This document shows, piece after piece, positions 27,387 to 32,000 of a DNA stretch of 32,000 bases (position 1 is the first letter of the stretch; the number at the start of each line of letters is the position of its first letter). A model generated the notes under the pieces. The model searched no databases. It saw nothing but the letters and a program-made list of their open reading frames with translations, and was not told where the DNA came from. The translations under genes and the position numbers were made by a program. This DNA is from Flavobacteriaceae bacterium (GTDB lineage Bacteria > Bacteroidota > Bacteroidia > Flavobacteriales > Flavobacteriaceae), in the NCBI GenBank assembly GCA_965224465.1, contig OZ245049.1:1620001-1652000 (forward strand), in the 5' to 3' direction.

Positions 27387-27499
27387 GGGCGTTCCCCAAG
27401 GGTCGGGCTATACGCTCATACGCTTCGGTATTTTCAGTTTGGAGTACTACTCCTCCAAACTGAAAATACCTGCAGGGTAACCGCTCCTATCCCTAACGC
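27387..27499. repeat. GC-rich palindromic element with a perfect 18-bp hairpin
   Basis: GGGCGTTCCCCAAGGGTCGGGCTATACGCT... flanks GGTATTTTCAGTTTGGAG (27427-27444), an 8-nt loop and CTCCAAACTGAAAATACC (27453-27470), then ...AGGGTAACCGCTCCTATCCCTAACGC. The outer GCGTT/AACGC can also pair. The GC content stands out from the surrounding sequence. Confidence 0.7.
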
Positions 27500-27876
27500 A
27501 AATGAGTATTGAGATATTAGAATGGAGAAATAATATAACATACATGAATCTTCCTAATGTAAATAACCAACAAATATTTAGGAAACGCATGCCAAAACGC
27601 TCCTAACAAACAGCAATCAATACCACAAACCGATGCATACGAAAGAACGTAAAAGTATATGACCTAAAAAAGAGGCATCTATCAAGGTTCGTTCTCGACA
27701 GCCTCTTTATTATTATTAAATGCACTCACTATTTTTATAGATTTTAAAGATAACAAAACTCTCACAGCTGTGAGAAAACTCACTCTTTCCATTATAATTG
27801 TTCCGTCTTAGGCAACTATTTAGATGAACTTGATCTTTTAAAACAGCACAAGTTCAACGGATTTAGTTTTTTATCT

Positions 27877-28515
27877 ATTAACTAAGTGGCACTGTTTGAC
27901 CATAATTGGTGGCATAAATAGAACTGTGGTAGTCAATTCTTCAGAAATATTAATATGAGTTGGATCTTTTACTAATTCCTTTGCATCTTTCACTTTCAAT
28001 AATTCTATTGGGTCTTTTAATAATACAACATCAATAGTGGTTTTAAAAATATAATAGCAATCTTCTAATACTGCTTTATACTCATTGTCCTCGTGTTCTA
28101 AATCTCTTCTTATTTCGTAACATCTATGAATACGTCTCCATTCAGATCGACTTAAGATTCCTATTCTGTAAGCTAAATCAATGGATTTAGAAACATTATA
28201 TTCTAAAATATCTTCTTCTCTATTTATTGATGGAAGTTTATAGTTTTGAGCAACTTCTTTCGCTAAATCGATTCCGACAACAATTACTCACTCTTTTAAG
28301 TCATGAACAGCAGCATTAAAGAGTCTTTGACAAGCACTACTCGCATCAATACGTAGTAATCTTTCAAGTCTTTGAATAAGATTTCTACCTTACCAGACAG
28401 GTCTGATATTATCCAGCACAGCCTGAATTCCACTTTTGCTAATTGGGGAGTCATTTACAGGAATTATTTTGAACCATATTATAAGTTTTGTGTTATCGTT
28501 TTTTGTATAAGGCAT
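27877..28515 (-). pseudogene. 212-codon ORF with two in-frame stops; hypothetical protein with an Rx4H (HEPN-like) motif
   Basis: I translated it codon by codon from ATG 28515-28513. It has a TAA at 28392-28390 and a TGA at 28290-28288, is otherwise open, and ends at TAA 27879-27877. It contains RRIHRCYEIRRDLEHED. Confidence 0.6.
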
Positions 28516-28622
28516 AACGATTGAAATATATGTAGTGCGGGGTTTATAGTACTACTTTTTATCTCAATCATAATGTTTGTTTATGGTTAAATTTTTTCTT
28601 TGTACTCAATTGCTTGCATTAC

Positions 28623-29263
28623 TTATATTTTCCTGTTGTGTGCAGGTTTTCTTATTGTAAATCTCCCTCCTTTTTCAGACTTCTCTCCTTTAAAACAAGT
28701 TACAAAAGCATAAACATAACCCTTACCATAATACCCTATAGGTCTAGGAGTCACAAAAAAATCTCTTAACTCTTCTGTATGCCATGTTCCCCCTTTGTCT
28801 TCACTCCAAACATAATTATAGTATATTCCGTCTTTAACCATAGTATGTAGATAGCTTCCATAAGCTACTATATAGGTCATTCCTTTTGGTAATTGAATTA
28901 TTTCTTGCGTATTGAGGTATTTTATAGATCTGTCGGTTTTATCATTTAGATTTTCAATAGATGTATAAAACCCCTTAGTCTTTAGGTCTTCGTAATATCC
29001 TATACACTTGTACCCTTTAGGAGCTATTTTTTCTATTATAACCTCCTTTTCTCCTGTGATAAAATTCAGCTTGACAAGCTTATTGTTTTCTATACTTTCA
29101 ATTTCTTCGGATGATATAAATCGAGAATTTGTAAAGCCATTTGAGTTATCATTATTTATTTTAACCCAATTCTGTCCTCCGTCAAGTGTATATTTATCTT
29201 CTTCTATATATTCTTGAGTGATAGGGTTTTCGTGACTAAAACTTGCAACTCCAATATTTGCAG
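28623..29263 (-). pseudogene. 5'-truncated gene for a protein with two Asp-box (BNR-like) motifs, cut by IS30 copy 2
   Basis: The listed start codon and the first 8 residues are read from the IS30 left end. The native part carries TLDGGQNW and SEDKGGTW, which fit the SxDxGxxW pattern. Confidence 0.65.
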
Positions 29264-29405
29264 ACTTAAATTCAACTAATAAACGCAACTTTTCGATTTG
29301 ATTCTATGATGGTTATATTTTCAAAACAGAAAAGTAGGAAAACCTACCTTTCTTGTCTTGATGGATATGTATCTTACGGTCTCAAATCTCGAAAAAAGAA
29401 GTTGT

Positions 29406-30380
29406 ATGAAACACATCACCCAAGCGCAAAGATACACAATTTGTTGCATGTTAAAACAAGGTTATAAACAGGTTGAGATAGCAGCTGCTATAGGAAAAGA
29501 CAAGTCTGTTATTAGCAAAGAGATTAAGCGTAATTCAGACAAAAGAAATGGAGTTTACAAGCATGAATTAGCCCAAAAAAAGTATGCTAAACGTCATAAA
29601 GAAAAGCCTAAAAGAAAACGCTTTACAGAAGATATTCAACAAGCAATAGAGTTGTTATTGCGAGACGATTATAGTCCTGAGCAAGTAGTTGGTGTCCTAA
29701 AAAAACAAGGTAAAGAAACGGTGTCTATTGAGCGTATATATCAGCATATTAGGGAAGACAAGAGGAATGATGGTGATTTACATACACACCTTCGCAGACA
29801 GGGAAGGAGATATAGAAAACGTGGCTCATCAAAGGATTCTAGAGGGGTTATAAAGAATCGTATTAGTATAGAACAACGCCCTGAAGTTGTTGAACAAAGA
29901 AATCGATTTGGAGATTTAGAGGTCGATTTAATCATAGGTAAAAACCATAATCAAGCCATACTTACCGTAAATGATAGAGCTTCTGGAATGCTTAAAATGA
30001 AAAAAGTAAGCTCTAAAGAAGCAGTTGTTGTCACTAAAGCTATCAATGAAATATTAGAAGACTGGAAGCCTTATCTACATACTATAACAGCTGATAATGG
30101 AAAAGAATTTGCAGGCCATGAGCAGGTTGCAGAAAATTTATGTATTGATTACTTTTTTGCGCATCCATATCACTCTTGGGAAAGAGGATCTAACGAAAAT
30201 TTAAATGGTTTGATTAGACAATATTTTGCCAAAGGAAGTGACTTTACAAACCTAACAGATCAAAGAATCAAAGAGGTAGAAACAAAATTAAATAACAGAC
30301 CTAGGAAGAGACATAAATATCAAAACCCTATATTTGTAATGGAACAATTATTATTTAACTCAAGTTTCGCACTTAGATAG
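29406..30380 (+). CDS. IS30-family transposase (copy 2), C-terminus extended by 6 residues because of the IS4 insertion
   Basis: Identical to copy 1 until ..MEQLLFN, then SSFALR is read from the inserted IS4 end instead of the native stop. Confidence 0.85.
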   Translation: MKHITQAQRYTICCMLKQGYKQVEIAAAIGKDKSVISKEIKRNSDKRNGVYKHELAQKKYAKRHKEKPKRKRFTEDIQQAIELLLRDDYSPEQVVGVLKKQGKETVSIERIYQHIREDKRNDGDLHTHLRRQGRRYRKRGSSKDSRGVIKNRISIEQRPEVVEQRNRFGDLEVDLIIGKNHNQAILTVNDRASGMLKMKKVSSKEAVVVTKAINEILEDWKPYLHTITADNGKEFAGHEQVAENLCIDYFFAHPYHSWERGSNENLNGLIRQYFAKGSDFTNLTDQRIKEVETKLNNRPRKRHKYQNPIFVMEQLLFNSSFALR

Positions 30381-31930
30381 ATTTACGCAACCTCTTGATA
30401 GTTAAGCTTGTGGATATTCACTAGGAATCCAAAATCTTCAATATTCGCTATTATTTTACGTGTAACCATTTCAACATCAATAGATTCAATCATCTTTTCC
30501 AAAATGTCAATCACCAAGCTGATAACTGCTAATATCCTGATGTTTAGCTTATTCTCTATATAATCTTGTTTTAAATCTTTAAACAAGCCTCCTATAGTTT
30601 CGTAGGCTTCCATTCTATATCGAATACTGGTGAGTAAATATTGAACCATTATAATGCTTATTTGTGCGATTTGAATATCGAAATTAGTAGACTGACATTT
30701 TCCAAGACCAAACAACTGCTTAGCTTCTTTAAAAAACACTTCTATGGACCATCTGATACTGTATATTTCAATAGCCTTTACAAATTTCAGTGTTGTATCC
30801 GTTGATATTAACGTGTGCCATTTGCCATTCTTTCCACGTTTTGAAATAAATACAGCAACCTTAAGACCATCAATTTCAGTTATGTAATGATGGTAGTAAT
30901 AATTGAATTTACGGCATCGTTTTGGTTTTATTTTCTGTTTTTTGAGTTGTGACAACGTTTTTATCTTTGATCGAACTTCAATCTTACTGTTGTATTTATA
31001 CATCCCAATAATATGAGTTGAACTACTAATGTTCCGTAGCTTTCTAAGTAATTTAACACTTGTAAACCAGGTGTCTATTAAGATGTAATCTATGGGGATT
31101 TTACGTTTTACAAGCCTTGAGAACATTTGAACTAGCAGGTCTGTTTTCTTTTTATTGAGTTCCTGATACCTCTTTGCTGCAATTGTTTTACTACATCTTG
31201 GAGTTTTCTTTTGAAGCCTACGTTGCTTCGCCGTTAGACCGTATTTTAATTTTGATGTTTTACTTTCACGATGCAAACTAAAGTCAACAGGGATAAATAC
31301 ACTTCCATTCCAATAACCAGCTACAAGTAGCTTAAAGCCTAGGTAATACGTTTTTGACACATGGTTGTATATTTTTGAAACACCTTCAATTGTCTTTCCT
31401 GTTTTAGAAAGATCAGTATCGTCAAAGATCAAGCACTTTGTAGCGTCTTGAGATGGAGTAAAGAACTCTTCTTTTAATAGATATTGCTTCACAAACTGAG
31501 CTAGAAAAACCCTCCAATTTATCTTTTGATTTGCTAGGATTCGATAGTATGAATCTTTACCCGACTGACCTAATCCCTTGTCTTTACTACTTGTAAGTCC
31601 ATGAATAGAATCAAATCCGATAATAGGTAAAATTAAAAGTGTAGAGATTAAATTACCGAATGAAATCCCCGATTTCTTACACCAACTAAACTTGTTTTTA
31701 ATTTTATTGAATCCTAAAATATTTAGATGTGCTTGTAGGTATTCTGAACTAAGCCAAATCTTATTAAATTTTCCTTTTATCTCCTGTGTTTTTGTGATAT
31801 CTTCGTGTTCTAGCATGTTTTGTACTTTCTTGTTCGTACTTAAAAGTACAATAAAACCAGGGGATTACCTTGGTTTTCATGCTATTTATTTTTACTTAAA
31901 CACCTGTAAATGATGGGTGCGAAACTTGAG
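30359..31930 (-). mobile_element. IS4-family insertion sequence (1572 bp) nested at the 3' end of the IS30 copy 2 transposase gene
   Basis: Perfect terminal inverted repeats CTCAAGTTTCGCAC (30359) and GTGCGAAACTTGAG (ending 31930). An 8-bp target duplication TTATTTAA sits at 30351-30358 and 31931-31938. The uninterrupted target is visible in copy 1 at 7974-7981. Confidence 0.9.
30383..31816 (-). CDS. IS4-family DDE transposase
   Basis: 477 aa. YSIRWSIEVFFKEAK fits the IS4 Y-x2-R-x3-E-x6-K signature, and DDTD.. and LIDTWF are candidate DDE boxes. Confidence 0.9.
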   Translation of the reverse strand: MLEHEDITKTQEIKGKFNKIWLSSEYLQAHLNILGFNKIKNKFSWCKKSGISFGNLISTLLILPIIGFDSIHGLTSSKDKGLGQSGKDSYYRILANQKINWRVFLAQFVKQYLLKEEFFTPSQDATKCLIFDDTDLSKTGKTIEGVSKIYNHVSKTYYLGFKLLVAGYWNGSVFIPVDFSLHRESKTSKLKYGLTAKQRRLQKKTPRCSKTIAAKRYQELNKKKTDLLVQMFSRLVKRKIPIDYILIDTWFTSVKLLRKLRNISSSTHIIGMYKYNSKIEVRSKIKTLSQLKKQKIKPKRCRKFNYYYHHYITEIDGLKVAVFISKRGKNGKWHTLISTDTTLKFVKAIEIYSIRWSIEVFFKEAKQLFGLGKCQSTNFDIQIAQISIIMVQYLLTSIRYRMEAYETIGGLFKDLKQDYIENKLNIRILAVISLVIDILEKMIESIDVEMVTRKIIANIEDFGFLVNIHKLNYQEVA

Positions 31931-32000
31931 TTATTTAACTAAAAGTTGCGTTTGTGACTTGAATTCAGCATATCGCCTAACTCATCAATATCTTCTCCTT

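Larger units (their letters stand above)
29264..31969 (+). mobile_element. IS30-family element, copy 2 (1126 bp of its own sequence) carrying a nested IS4-family element
   Basis: Same ends and the same internal sequence as copy 1, by eye. The transposase translation is identical over 334 codons. There is no matching direct repeat at the outer ends (left flank ..GCAG, right flank ATAT..). Confidence 0.85.

Noticed and set aside
27761-27774. 14-bp perfect palindrome CTCACAGCTGTGAG as a regulatory operator
   Set aside because: It is a single isolated occurrence in a decayed intergenic region with no adjacent intact gene to regulate, so the support is too weak.
27877-28515. In-frame TGA and TAA as programmed recoding (selenocysteine or readthrough) or an alternative genetic code
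   Set aside because: Two different stop codons are involved, other genes in the window terminate normally on TAA and TGA, and I see no SECIS-like hairpin directly downstream of the TGA. A pseudogene is the simpler reading.
29264-31969. A simple 2-bp target duplication for IS30 copy 2, as seen for copy 1
   Set aside because: The flanks read ..GCAG and ATAT.. and share no terminal dinucleotide, and shifting the boundaries by 1-2 nt does not rescue it. I report this as a possible rearrangement instead.

Overview
AT-rich Bacteroidota (Flavobacteriia-type) chromosomal window. Evidence for the taxon: exbD-tonB-folC synteny, a TonB-dependent receptor with an N-terminal carboxypeptidase-regulatory-like domain, and a TAnnTTTG-type promoter box. 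Housekeeping genes (exbD fragment, tonB-like, folC, three identical tandem tRNA-Val(UAC) genes) fill the first 2.9 kb. The rest is an accessory region that is heavily colonised by insertion sequences and partly decayed. By my coordinates about 7.8 kb of 32 kb (about 24 percent) is IS DNA from five families: an IS5/IS1182-like element, an IS1595-family element, and two identical direct copies of an IS30-family element. Each IS30 copy has itself been hit by a second IS (ISAs1-family in copy 1, IS4-family in copy 2). IS30 copy 1 splits a TIGR04141/DUF6119-like gene that can be rejoined in frame across a 2-bp target duplication. That gene sits next to a DUF2971 gene. The largest intact block is an 11.2-kb minus-strand operon-like cluster (25757 down to 14523): TonB-dependent receptor, hyuA/hyuB-type ATP-dependent hydantoinase/oxoprolinase, Asp/Glu/hydantoin racemase, cupin, NCS1 permease, DUF917, and a second hydantoinase-like protein. 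The least explained signal is a non-coding 161-bp repeat family. It forms 3.8 near-identical head-to-tail units at 12831-13436, continued at 14425-14527, and has diverged or partial copies at 3024-3150/4886-4925 and 27219-27296. It has inverted-repeat ends, palindromic unit junctions and internal hairpins, and two unrelated IS elements have inserted at the same internal A/T tract. Also present: several pseudogenes (a GH20 remnant, an Asp-box protein fragment, a 212-codon ORF with two in-frame stops), a GC-rich palindromic element, and a 1.5-kb stretch with no gene.
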